A stretch of 64,000 nt of DNA from Dehalococcoidales bacterium (GTDB lineage: Bacteria; Chloroflexota; Dehalococcoidia; Dehalococcoidales; UBA5760), in contig JAQUQE010000002.1 of NCBI GenBank assembly GCA_028716225.1, positions 140,613 through 204,612 of the forward strand, given 5' to 3'. Below are positions 1-11,060 of this stretch, piece after piece. The notes under the pieces are model-generated. The model was given only the letters and a program-made list of their open reading frames with translations. It was not told the origin of the DNA and made no database searches. The position numbers and the translations under genes are program-made. Positions within the stretch are counted from its first letter, which is position 1. Each line of letters begins with the position of its first letter.

Positions 1-36
1 GATGAAGACTGATTGATACTATTTGGAGGTGTACCA

Positions 37-1299
37 TTGTACCAGAAGACTACCCTTGATAACGGCTTGCGGCTGGTTACCTCAACCATGCCACACACGT
101 GCTCGGTATGCATCAGCCTCTTTATCGGCACCGGCTCCCGGTACGAGTCCGATGCCGAAGCCGGCACCTCTCACTTTATCGAGCACATTCTCTTTAAGGG
201 CAGCGCGAAGTACCCCTCCCCCGGGGAAATCTCAGCGGCAATCGAAGGCATCGGCGGAATCTTAAACGGCGGTACGGACAAGGAGCTAACCGTCTATTGG
301 TGCAAGGTGGCCCAGCAACACTTCCCACTGGCCCTGGACGTACTCACCGATATGCTGCTCCACCCCCGGTTCGAGCTGGAAGAGATAACAAAGGAACGGC
401 AGGTTATTATCGAGGAAATCAACATGTGCAAGGACTCCCCTTCACAGGAAGCCAACATGCTCATCGACGGACTTCTCTGGCCTAACCACCCCCTGGGCCG
501 TGACGTAGCCGGTAGCAGGGAATCAGTAGCCGGTATCACCCGAGAAGCAATGCTCGATTACCTCGACCGTCAGTACCAGCCGGACAATACCGTGGTCGCT
601 ATCGCCGGCAACATCCGGCACCAGAAAGCGGTTAATTCGGTTAGTCAGGTAATGGATGGCTGGGCAAGACATAAGCCTCATGCCAGCTATTCCGACTATC
701 AACCGACACCGGCACAACGGGTCAAAATAGAGAAGCGGGATATCGAACAGTCCCACCTCTGCCTGGCGCTGCCGGGCTTACCGCTCCTTCATCCACAACG
801 CTTTAAGCTCGACTTGCTCAATACTGTCCTCGGCCAGGGCATGAGCAGCCGGTTGTTTACCGAGATTCGCGACCGGCTGGGACTGGTCTACAGCATTCAC
901 AGCTATGTCGATCACTTTCTCGACTCCGGGTCGCTGACGATATACGCCGGAGTAGATACCAGAAATCTGACCACCGCTATAAAAGCCATCCTCGAGCAGC
1001 TTAACCGGATTAAGGAAACAGTACCCGAGGCCGAGTTGTCCCGGGCTAGAGAGCTTTCAAAGGGACAACTGTTGCTCAGAATGGAAGACAGCCATAACGT
1101 CGCCGGCTGGTTGGGAGGGCAGGAGACTCTCACCAAGCGTATTCTAACCCCAGAAGAGTTAACCGCTATTATCGATGCCATCACTGCCGAAGAGCTAAAG
1201 AAGCTGGCCCAGGAGTTGATAGACGGTAAGAGACTCCGCCTGGCCGTAGTCGGTCCCGTCGCCGAGGACACGCCACTGGAAGAACTCTTAAAGCTATAA
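37..1299 (+). CDS. M16 family zinc metallopeptidase (insulinase-like)
   Basis: ORF 13..1299. HFIEH is the inverted HxxEH zinc motif of M16 peptidases, and the length fits two domains. Start moved to TTG at 37 because GGAGG at 25-29 lies 7 nt upstream. Confidence 0.85.
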   Translation: MYQKTTLDNGLRLVTSTMPHTCSVCISLFIGTGSRYESDAEAGTSHFIEHILFKGSAKYPSPGEISAAIEGIGGILNGGTDKELTVYWCKVAQQHFPLALDVLTDMLLHPRFELEEITKERQVIIEEINMCKDSPSQEANMLIDGLLWPNHPLGRDVAGSRESVAGITREAMLDYLDRQYQPDNTVVAIAGNIRHQKAVNSVSQVMDGWARHKPHASYSDYQPTPAQRVKIEKRDIEQSHLCLALPGLPLLHPQRFKLDLLNTVLGQGMSSRLFTEIRDRLGLVYSIHSYVDHFLDSGSLTIYAGVDTRNLTTAIKAILEQLNRIKETVPEAELSRARELSKGQLLLRMEDSHNVAGWLGGQETLTKRILTPEELTAIIDAITAEELKKLAQELIDGKRLRLAVVGPVAEDTPLEELLKL

Positions 1300-1627
1300 G
1301 CCCACATACCTTCCTAGCTGGGGGGATAGCACACCTGCTAAGTAAAGATCCCTTCGATTCCTTAAGGAGCTCCTTGCCTATATCCAAGAGGCAGACCAGG
1401 GCAGAACCTGAGCCAGTATTAGACTGCCAAAACTAACACGCTTTGCGCTCCTGAAACCATTTTTTACTTACGCTGATCGGTAACTGCCTTCGCTGCTTAA
1501 CAAATAAACACGGCCGCTTATGCCATAAAATAGCTTAATATGTTATGAATCAGCATTATTGAGCAATACCAATAGTCTCTAATGCTCCTGAATCGCTTTC
1601 ATATCTGCTCAATTCCCTTGAATACCT

Positions 1628-1657
1628 TTGACATTATATCACAGCATTCATTATAAT
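1628..1657 (+). promoter_or_regulatory. Predicted sigma70-type promoter (TTGACA, 18-nt spacer, TATAAT) for the 1716 gene
   Basis: TTGACA at 1628-1633 and TATAAT at 1652-1657, read directly, within a 416-bp AT-rich intergenic region about 60 nt upstream of the ATG at 1716. Confidence 0.45.
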
Positions 1658-1691
1658 ATGGCATACGGAAGTTGGTTGCCGTATACCATAT
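1656..1691 (+). promoter_or_regulatory. 13-bp-arm inverted repeat overlapping the -10 box and early 5' UTR (operator or leader hairpin)
   Basis: ATATGGCATACGG (1656-1668), 10-nt spacer, CCGTATACCATAT (1679-1691). 12 of 13 positions are complementary. Confidence 0.35.
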
Positions 1692-1715
1692 TAAGTTGAA
1701 CAAGGGTTATTTCAA

Positions 1716-4361
1716 ATGGAAAGAGTGGCTCGTAAGATAATTAGCACCGGCCTCCATCCGCTCGACGAACTCCTGCAAAACCTGCGGCCGGGTGACAATG
1801 TAGTCTGGCAGGTTGACCGCCTCGAAGATTATCCGTACTTTGCCCAAGCCGTTGCAGATCAAGCAATGAAAGACGGCTTTGCCTGTGTTTACCTGCGTTT
1901 TGCTCCTCACACCGCTATTCTCCAGCCACGGACCGGACTGAGAATTATTAATATTGATCCCGGTCCCGGGTTCGACTATTTCACCGGTGAGGTGCACCGA
2001 ATTATTGAGGAATGCGGCGAAAGGACTTTTTACATATTCGACAACCTTTCTGCTTTGGTGGACGAATGGGCTACCGACGAACTGCTGGCTAACTTCTTCC
2101 AGGTAACCTGTCCCTACCTTTTTGAACTCAACGCCATAGCTTACTTTGCCATCAGACGTGGCCAGCATGGGCAGAGTGCCATAACTCGTATACGCAGTAC
2201 TACTCAGATACTAATTGATGTTTATCATGTCGAAGGCAATATGTATATTCAGCCTTTGAAAGTGTGGAACCGCTATTCTCCATACATGTTTTTGCCCCAC
2301 CGGATTAATGCTGATGAATTAGAGCCTATCCTTCACAGCGGCGATGCGGCTACGATATTGACAAATGCCAGCAGACGACCAATCAATATCAGCGCTGATT
2401 CCGTAGCACCCTGGGAGACTGTTTATCGAACGCTGGTTCAGTATCAGAAAACTCACACGGATTCATCGGGTACGACTGCCAAGGCCATAGCTCTAAAGGA
2501 ATCACTCTCACGAATGATGATGGGTAACCATAAGAAGCTGAACCAGCTATCCGATCGATACCTGACCCTAGATGACCTGCTTCAAATCAGAGGTCGTCTT
2601 ATTGGTTCCGGGCGGATAGGCGGCAAAGCAGCCGGTATGCTAATGGCAAGAGGTGTTCTGGCCGCAGACAATGGCGAGACTGACTTCAATCAACTACTGG
2701 AAGAGCATGATTCTTTCTACATCGGTTCGGATGTGTTCTTCACTTTCCTGGTAAAAAATAACCTGTTCAAACTCAGATTACAGTTATCGAAAACGGGCAA
2801 GCTGTCAAAGGATGAATTCGCTAAAGTAGAGCAGCAGTTCCTCCGCGGTCGTTTCTCAGAAGAAATAATGGAACAGTTACGGAATATGCTTGATTACTAC
2901 GGGCAGGCCTCCATTATTGTACGCTCCTCAAGCCTCCTTGAGGACGGTTTTACAGATGCCTTCGCCGGAAAGTACCGTAGCGAGTTCTGTACCAACCAGG
3001 GCAGTCCTGAAACTCGTCTGGAGGCCTTATTAAGAGCAATCAAACTAGTCTATGCCAGTACACTGAACCCGGATGCTCTATCATATCGCCACAGGCGCGG
3101 GCTTGGCGAAGGCGATGAACAAATGGCAATCCTGGTACAACGTGTCTCCGGAACACCATACAAGCAATACTTCTTCCCCAGCCTGGCCGGAGTTGCTTTC
3201 TCACGCAACCTTTACGCATGGACAAACCGTATTGATACCCGAAGAGGTATGATACGGCTGGTATTTGGTCTGGGGACTCGTGCCGTAAACCGGGTTAGCG
3301 GCGACTACCCCCGAATGATTGCAGTCAGTCACCCCCAACTAAGACCCGAGGTTGGCATGGAAATAGCCAAGTATTCGCAGCGAATGGTAGATGTTCTGAA
3401 CATCGAAAAAAATACCTTTGAGGTCGAACCTTTCACCGAAATAATTGACATTAACAACTATCCTGCTGCGCAATTAATGATTTCTGAAATAGCCGATGGC
3501 TACCTGCGTGACTGGTTCTTAACTCCGACGTCTAATCAGGAAAGGAACTTCGTTCTGACCTTTAATAATTTGATCAAGCAAACCGAACTGGTCAACGTCA
3601 TTGGAGAGATGTTAACCAAACTCGAAAAGGCTTGGGGCCAGCCGGTAGATATCGAATTTACCGCGCATATCGACAGTGCAAATAAAGTAAGGATCAACCT
3701 GTTACAATGCCGCTCATTACATGTACCCAAATCAGAGGGCGTTTCTATCAGTATTCCCCAGAATATTGCCCGGGAGAGATTACTATTCCGCTCCAATCAG
3801 GCAATAAGTGCCGGGATAATCGGTGATATACGATACATCGTTTATATTAACCCCCAAAAATATGCTGAGGTTGCCACTTTTGAGGAGAAGAGGACCCTGG
3901 GACGAGTAATAGGTAAGATAAACGACAAGCTAAGTAATAAAGAGGGTAAATTTATGATGATGGGCCCCGGCCGCTGGGGCAGCAGTAACATCGAGCTTGG
4001 CGTGAATGTGAGCTATTCAGATATTAATAATACAGCAGTGCTGGTAGAAGTTGCGCGCGAGAAAGCCGGTCATAAACCGGAAGTCTCCTACGGAACCCAT
4101 TTCTTCCAGGATTTGGTAGAGGCAGAGATACTTTACCTACCAGTTTATCCCGATGACAAGACCTCAGATTTCAACATCGAGTTCTTTGCCGGCTCACCAA
4201 ATATTCTGAGGGATATTCTACCCGAATTACTGAACTTTGAGGAGGTGGTTCAAGTAATTGACGTAAAAGCAGCGGCGAACGGCGCTACCGCGAAGGTAAT
4301 TGCAGACCCGCAAACACATAGCGCCGTATGTCTCCTGGATAAAAATCAACCGATCAAATAG
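1716..4361 (+). CDS. PEP/pyruvate-binding (PPDK_N-type ATP-grasp) domain protein with an N-terminal KaiC/RecA-like domain lacking a Walker A motif
   Basis: 881-aa ORF. GGKAAGM and VRSSSLLEDGFTDAFAGKY match PEP synthase/PPDK N-terminal nucleotide-binding signatures. The N-terminus ISTGLHPLDELL..PGDNVVWQVD resembles a KaiC-type opening but has no GxxxxGK[ST]. No phosphohistidine or PEP-utilising TIM-barrel domain is recognisable. Confidence 0.75.
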   Translation: MERVARKIISTGLHPLDELLQNLRPGDNVVWQVDRLEDYPYFAQAVADQAMKDGFACVYLRFAPHTAILQPRTGLRIINIDPGPGFDYFTGEVHRIIEECGERTFYIFDNLSALVDEWATDELLANFFQVTCPYLFELNAIAYFAIRRGQHGQSAITRIRSTTQILIDVYHVEGNMYIQPLKVWNRYSPYMFLPHRINADELEPILHSGDAATILTNASRRPINISADSVAPWETVYRTLVQYQKTHTDSSGTTAKAIALKESLSRMMMGNHKKLNQLSDRYLTLDDLLQIRGRLIGSGRIGGKAAGMLMARGVLAADNGETDFNQLLEEHDSFYIGSDVFFTFLVKNNLFKLRLQLSKTGKLSKDEFAKVEQQFLRGRFSEEIMEQLRNMLDYYGQASIIVRSSSLLEDGFTDAFAGKYRSEFCTNQGSPETRLEALLRAIKLVYASTLNPDALSYRHRRGLGEGDEQMAILVQRVSGTPYKQYFFPSLAGVAFSRNLYAWTNRIDTRRGMIRLVFGLGTRAVNRVSGDYPRMIAVSHPQLRPEVGMEIAKYSQRMVDVLNIEKNTFEVEPFTEIIDINNYPAAQLMISEIADGYLRDWFLTPTSNQERNFVLTFNNLIKQTELVNVIGEMLTKLEKAWGQPVDIEFTAHIDSANKVRINLLQCRSLHVPKSEGVSISIPQNIARERLLFRSNQAISAGIIGDIRYIVYINPQKYAEVATFEEKRTLGRVIGKINDKLSNKEGKFMMMGPGRWGSSNIELGVNVSYSDINNTAVLVEVAREKAGHKPEVSYGTHFFQDLVEAEILYLPVYPDDKTSDFNIEFFAGSPNILRDILPELLNFEEVVQVIDVKAAANGATAKVIADPQTHSAVCLLDKNQPIK

Positions 4362-4386
4362 TAATTTATGAAAAGGAGGAAATACA

Positions 4387-6072
4387 ATGAACCTACAAAG
4401 ACCAAATGCTAATGATGCCACCAGAACCGCCAATCGATCCAAGAGTGTCGTACCAATGAGCGGATTATGTACCCGGTGTGTCGACGGTTGTACCGGAAAC
4501 TGCGAGGTATTCAAGGCAAGTTTTCGCAGCCGGGAACTGCTCTATCCCGGACGCTACGGCGATATTACTGCCGGAGGTGATAAGAATTACCCCATCGATT
4601 ACTCACACCTGAATATCCAGGGTTATGCTCTGGGTGTCGATGGTCTACCTGACGATGTTGTCGGCAACTCCGATACGGCGATCTTCCCCGAAGTAAACAC
4701 GGAAACAGAGTATGGTTGGAATAAGAAAGTCAGGATGGCTATACCAGTTTTTACCGGAGCGCTGGGTTCTACGGAGATAGCGCGCCGGAACTGGGAACAT
4801 GTCGCCGTCGGTGCTGCTTTGAGCGGGATCACCATCGTCTGCGGTGAGAACGTCTGTGGCATCGATCCTGAGCTCGAGCTGGATGGAAACGGAAAGATTG
4901 TTTTGTCTCCAGATCTAGACCGCCGCATCGAGATATACCGTCGTTACCACCGCGGTCTCGGTGAGATTCTGGTTCAGATGAACGTCGAGGACACCCGTCT
5001 TGGCGTCGCTGAATACGTGAGCCGGAAGCACGGCCTGGACACCATCGAGCTAAAATGGGGTCAGGGTGCCAAATGCATCGGCGGGGAAATAAAAGTAGAC
5101 AGCCTGGAAAGGGCTTTGGAGCTACAAAGACGCGGTTATATCGTAACCCCAGACCCGTCACACCCCATAAACAGAGCATCATTTGAGGATGGCTCACTCA
5201 AGGAATTTGAACGCCATAGCCGTCTCGGCTTTATCGACGAAGAGCAATTCTATGTCGAGATCGAACGTCTACGTGATTTAGGTTTCGGACGCATTACCCT
5301 GAAAACAGGCGCCTACGGACTGCGTGAGCTGGCAATGGCAATCAAGTGGGGCTCGAGAGCCAATATCGATCTTTTAACTATCGATGGTGCTCCCGGAGGC
5401 ACCGGGATGAGCCCGTGGCGAATGATGGAGGAATGGGGTATGCCCAGCCTTTATTTACATTCGGCGGCATATGATTTCGCCAATAGACTCGCCCATAGGG
5501 GAGAGCGGGTGCCCGACATTGCCTTCGCCGGTGGTTTTAGCAGCGAGGACGGCATCTTCAAGGCGCTGGCTTTAGGTGCCCCCTTTGTTAAGGCGGTATG
5601 TATGGGCAGGGCTCTGATGATTCCCGCCATGGTGGGCAAGAACATCGACCAGTGGATTAAGAACGGCGAACTACCCGGTACCGTAAGCCAGTTCGGATCC
5701 ACGCCGGAAGAGATTTTTGTCTGCTACGAAGAAGTTAAGGATTTAGTTGGCGCAGACGAGATGAAAAAAATCCCCATGGGGGCCATTGGAATATACAGCT
5801 ACTGCGAAAAGATGAAGGTGGGACTGCAACAGATAATGGCCGGCGCCAGGCGTTTCAGTATACCATCCATACGCCGTGACGAACTTATGTCGCTCACAGA
5901 GGAATGTGCCAGGGTGACCGGGATTCCCTATCTGATGAATGCCTACCGGGCAGAAGCGATAGATATCCTCGAGGGACGTAACATGAGACCGGAGAGACTT
6001 GTTGATACTAACGTATTCAGTTTATCAGCCGGCTACGGAATTGGTTCCCGTAGAATAAGAACCTATGAGTAA
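4387..6072 (+). CDS. Glutamate synthase-related FMN-binding protein (GltB domain 2-like) with an N-terminal Cys cluster
   Basis: 561-aa ORF with AGGAGG RBS at 4374-4379. Core motifs IDGAPGGTGMSP and FAGGFSSEDGIFKALALGA are typical of the GltS FMN domain family. N-terminus carries CTRCVDGCTGNC (CxxCxxxCxxxC). Confidence 0.75.
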   Translation: MNLQRPNANDATRTANRSKSVVPMSGLCTRCVDGCTGNCEVFKASFRSRELLYPGRYGDITAGGDKNYPIDYSHLNIQGYALGVDGLPDDVVGNSDTAIFPEVNTETEYGWNKKVRMAIPVFTGALGSTEIARRNWEHVAVGAALSGITIVCGENVCGIDPELELDGNGKIVLSPDLDRRIEIYRRYHRGLGEILVQMNVEDTRLGVAEYVSRKHGLDTIELKWGQGAKCIGGEIKVDSLERALELQRRGYIVTPDPSHPINRASFEDGSLKEFERHSRLGFIDEEQFYVEIERLRDLGFGRITLKTGAYGLRELAMAIKWGSRANIDLLTIDGAPGGTGMSPWRMMEEWGMPSLYLHSAAYDFANRLAHRGERVPDIAFAGGFSSEDGIFKALALGAPFVKAVCMGRALMIPAMVGKNIDQWIKNGELPGTVSQFGSTPEEIFVCYEEVKDLVGADEMKKIPMGAIGIYSYCEKMKVGLQQIMAGARRFSIPSIRRDELMSLTEECARVTGIPYLMNAYRAEAIDILEGRNMRPERLVDTNVFSLSAGYGIGSRRIRTYE

Positions 6073-6196
6073 TTACTTCAATAATCACTTATGTGAGGGT
6101 ATGCCAATGTACTGGTTCGGCGATTAACTATCTAAGAATTTGATATCGAATTTTGCATCGGGCATTATATGAATAAATCGGGAGCACCGGGAAGAA

Positions 6197-6823
6197 ATGA
6201 TCACAATAATTGACTATGGTGCCGGTAATATGAGGAGTGTGTTCAATGCCATCACCACACTCGGCTACCAGCCCAGAGTAACAAGTTCTCCGGGTGATGT
6301 ACTGGACGCCGAAGCGATCATTCTTCCCGGTGTCGGCGCTGCTGGCGATGCCATGAAAAACCTGGAAACCTCAGGATTGATAACACCACTCCGCTTGTTT
6401 ATCGAAAACAACCGTCCGTTCCTGGGCATTTGCGTCGGTATGCAGCTTCTTTTTACTTATACCGAAGAGGGTAAAGGACAACAGTGTCTTGACATCATTC
6501 CCGGACAAGTACGCCGGCTTTCCCCGGGGGTAAAAATTCCACAAATCGGTTGGAACCAGGTCAATCAGAGATCTTATCACCCGATTTTCGATGGCATACC
6601 GAACAGGAGCAACTTCTACTTTGCCCATAGCTACCATGCCAGGCCGAATAATGAATCACTCGTCATCGGCGAGACAGAGTATGGCATTCCACTTTGCAGC
6701 GTAATTGCCAGAAGGAATCTAGTAGCAACCCAGTTCCACCCCGAAAAGAGTGGGGAGGTAGGTCTTAAGCTATACGATAATTTCATAAAGCTTGCTTTAG
6801 CGAATAGGGTATTTGATATCTAG
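6197..6823 (+). CDS. hisH: Imidazole glycerol phosphate synthase, glutamine amidotransferase subunit
   Basis: Class I GATase with LGICVGMQ (nucleophile Cys) and FHPEKS. Immediately upstream of hisF. Confidence 0.93.
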   Translation: MITIIDYGAGNMRSVFNAITTLGYQPRVTSSPGDVLDAEAIILPGVGAAGDAMKNLETSGLITPLRLFIENNRPFLGICVGMQLLFTYTEEGKGQQCLDIIPGQVRRLSPGVKIPQIGWNQVNQRSYHPIFDGIPNRSNFYFAHSYHARPNNESLVIGETEYGIPLCSVIARRNLVATQFHPEKSGEVGLKLYDNFIKLALANRVFDI

Positions 6824-6859
6824 AAAAGCCAGACACTTTGCGGGAGAAGAAATCTTCTA

Positions 6860-7627
6860 ATGCTGACAAAAAGGATCATCCCCTGCCTTGATTTTAAGGG
6901 AGACCGGGTAGTGAAGGGTAGGAGTTTCACCGACTTACGTTATGCCGGTGATCCCGTAGAACTAGCCAACTTTTACTACCGGGAGAACGCTGACGAATTA
7001 GTTTTCCTGGACATAGCAGCTACTCCGGAAGCACGAGATACAATCGTTGCCGTCATCGAGAATATATCCCGGAACGTGTTTATACCGCTTACAGTCGGCG
7101 GCGGACTACGTAATATCAATGACATAAGACGTGTGTTACTGGCAGGAGCGGATAAGGTCTCGATAAATACCGCAGCGGTCCGTAACCCGCCGCTCATCAG
7201 AGAGAGCGCTAAAAAATTCGGCAGCCAGTGCATTGTAGTGGCAATAGATACCAAAAGAGTAGCAGGGAGTCAACCCGCCAAGTGGGAAGTCTATACTCAT
7301 AGCGGTCAGAAATCGACTGGCATTGATGCTCTGGACTGGGCAAGACATGCGGTGATGCTCGGAGCCGGAGAATTACTGCTCACCAGCATAGATGCTGACG
7401 GTCACCGGGCAGGATATGATATTGAGCTTACCCGAGCTGTCTCAGAGGCGGTAAGCGTTCCGGTTATTGCCAGCGGCGGTGCTGGTACCCTGGAGGATGT
7501 ATATCAAGCACTGGTGGCAGGTAAAGCGGAAGCAGTCCTGGCTGCCAGTATATTCCACTACGGGACGTACTCTATCAGAGAAACCAAGGAATACCTGCAC
7601 GCGCGGGGAATCCCGATAAGGTTCTGA
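6860..7627 (+). CDS. hisF: Imidazole glycerol phosphate synthase, cyclase subunit
   Basis: [11 protein letters not shown].. N-terminus, ..DELVFLDI.., ..IASGGAG..; canonical HisF (beta/alpha)8 signatures. Confidence 0.95.
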   Translation: MLTKRIIPCLDFKGDRVVKGRSFTDLRYAGDPVELANFYYRENADELVFLDIAATPEARDTIVAVIENISRNVFIPLTVGGGLRNINDIRRVLLAGADKVSINTAAVRNPPLIRESAKKFGSQCIVVAIDTKRVAGSQPAKWEVYTHSGQKSTGIDALDWARHAVMLGAGELLLTSIDADGHRAGYDIELTRAVSEAVSVPVIASGGAGTLEDVYQALVAGKAEAVLAASIFHYGTYSIRETKEYLHARGIPIRF

Positions 7628-7708
7628 AGATGCACCCGGTACCATTCAGTTTTTAATACGGAGGTGTTATAATAGCGCAGAATTATCTTCAGGAGCAGAA
7701 AGATTCCA

Positions 7709-8704
7709 ATGGAACAAGCCAATAGCTCGGATACCGAAAGAAAGATAGTAGCTATTCTGAAAATACTGAGCGAGTCATCAGAGCCTCTGGGATCGATTAA
7801 TATTGCCCGTGAACTGGAGCGGGTGGGGATTTTCTTAAGTGAGAGAGCAATCAGGTATCATTTAAGGATTGCCGATGAACGTGGTTACACGCAGCCAATG
7901 GGACGCGACGGCAGGATGATTACGCCGGAAGGACAACAGGAAGTTAAAGAGGCACTGGCCCCGCAGAACCTTGGTTTCGTACGTGAGAACCTGGAGATGT
8001 TAGCCTACCAGACCACTTTCGACCCTGAAAAAGGCTCCGGTCAATTACCAATAAATACATCACTCATTAACCAGGATAAGTTCAAAAGGGCAATATCGGC
8101 CATGAAGGATGTGTTCGAATCCGGCATATGCGTCAGCGATCTGGTGGCAGTAGCATCGGAAGGCGAGAAACTCGGCTCGATAGTTGTACCAAGCGGGAAA
8201 ATTGGCTTAGCCACTGTTTGCAGTGTTGCCGTAAACGGGGTGCTTCTAAAGGCTGGAATCCCTACCGAGTTCAGATTCGGAGGTGTTCTCGAAATTAGAA
8301 ATTCTAAACCCAGACGTTTCGTGGCCATAATCGACTATTCCGGTACCTCTATCGATCCCTCCGAACAGTTCATCCGCGCTAAAATGACCAGTGTCGGCGA
8401 GGCTGCCAGGACAGGGAATGGCAAGATACTGGGTGTCTTGCGCACAATACCGGCACCAGCCAGAAAAGCTGCGGAGCAGAAGATTGCCAGGCTAAAAGAG
8501 GTAGGCATTAACGGAGTCTATGCTCTAGGCAATATCAGCGAACCGCTTTGCCAGATTCCGGTAGCCATAAATCGTGTTGGTATTGTTCAACTTGGCGGCC
8601 TTAATCCTCTGGCCGCAGCCGTTGAAGCTGGCATCGAAATAGAAAATCTGGCCGAAAGCGGACTGATCGACTTTCAAGATCTGAAAAGATTCCGGCAGGT
8701 TTAG
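7709..8704 (+). CDS. NrpR-like regulator (winged-helix plus DUF128 domain)
   Basis: N-terminal wHTH-like segment (IVAILKILSESSEPLGSINIARELE..ERAIRYHLRI) followed by about 250 aa resembling the single-NRD short form of archaeal NrpR. Assigned from memory of the family, not searched. Confidence 0.55.
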   Translation: MEQANSSDTERKIVAILKILSESSEPLGSINIARELERVGIFLSERAIRYHLRIADERGYTQPMGRDGRMITPEGQQEVKEALAPQNLGFVRENLEMLAYQTTFDPEKGSGQLPINTSLINQDKFKRAISAMKDVFESGICVSDLVAVASEGEKLGSIVVPSGKIGLATVCSVAVNGVLLKAGIPTEFRFGGVLEIRNSKPRRFVAIIDYSGTSIDPSEQFIRAKMTSVGEAARTGNGKILGVLRTIPAPARKAAEQKIARLKEVGINGVYALGNISEPLCQIPVAINRVGIVQLGGLNPLAAAVEAGIEIENLAESGLIDFQDLKRFRQV

Positions 8705-8736
8705 GACAAATATCTGATCCCCCGATACCTCCCCAA

Positions 8737-8770
8737 TAAAAACGGCCGCAGTGTTTTGACTGCGACCGTT
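8737..8770 (-). terminator. Rho-independent terminator downstream of groEL
   Basis: Stem AACGGCCGCAG (8741-8751) / CTGCGACCGTT (8760-8770) with one mismatch. The A-run 8738-8742 on the plus strand gives a U-tract after the hairpin on the minus strand. Confidence 0.6.
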
Positions 8771-8795
8771 TCTGTTACGATATGGGAACGGGGAA

Positions 8796-10463
<1,668 letters not shown>

Positions 10464-10466
10464 TTA

Positions 10467-10763
10467 TTATTTAGCCTTCTTGGCCAGAATATCGCTCTCA
10501 CGCAAAATCATAAACTCTTCGTCTTCAATCTTAATCTCGGTACCACCGTACTTGGCGTAGATTACAATATCGCCAACCTTGACATCCATGGGTATCCTCT
10601 TACCGTCCTCGGACAGCCTGCCCTCCCCAACCGCAACAACCTCTCCCTCCTGAGGTTTCTCCTTAGCGGTATCGGGGAGAACAATGCCCCCCTTACTCAC
10701 TCTCTCCCGCTCAATTGGTTTGACCACAACCCGGTCAGCCAACGGCTTCAGATGTCCTGCCAT
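10467..10763 (-). CDS. groS: Co-chaperonin GroES
   Basis: 98 aa. [11 protein letters not shown].. and [14 protein letters not shown]. Directly upstream of groEL. Confidence 0.97.
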   Translation of the reverse strand: MAGHLKPLADRVVVKPIERERVSKGGIVLPDTAKEKPQEGEVVAVGEGRLSEDGKRIPMDVKVGDIVIYAKYGGTEIKIEDEEFMILRESDILAKKAK

Positions 10764-10814
10764 TCCAAATCCTCCTTCTTAATTATTTTTGGGATTAATC
10801 TTTTGGCCATTATT

Positions 10815-10841
10815 TTAGCACTCTCAGTGCGAGAGTGCTAA
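10815..10841. promoter_or_regulatory. CIRCE element (HrcA operator), perfect consensus
   Basis: TTAGCACTC-N9-GAGTGCTAA read directly at 10815-10841, about 50 nt upstream of the groES start. Confidence 0.9.
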
Positions 10842-10846
10842 TTTAT

Positions 10847-10875
10847 ATAATACCCTATATAGCAAAATGCTGCAA
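10847..10875 (-). promoter_or_regulatory. Predicted groES promoter (TTGCAG, 17-nt spacer, TATTAT)
   Basis: On the minus strand, -35 is at 10870-10875 and -10 at 10847-10852. CIRCE begins 5 nt downstream of the -10 box, a typical arrangement. Confidence 0.4.
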
Positions 10876-11060
10876 CTCCATGGACAGGCATTTACAACCA
10901 TTCCCGGTTATTCAGAGAGACTATAGTCCCGAAATCAATCCATTACTCCCCATAGAAATCGGTTATCTACGTCATAACACTATCTGGGGATCTACAAATA
11001 ACACAGCGGATACCCGTGAATCAAGGCGATCAACCTGATGGGATAGACAAACAACGCTCT

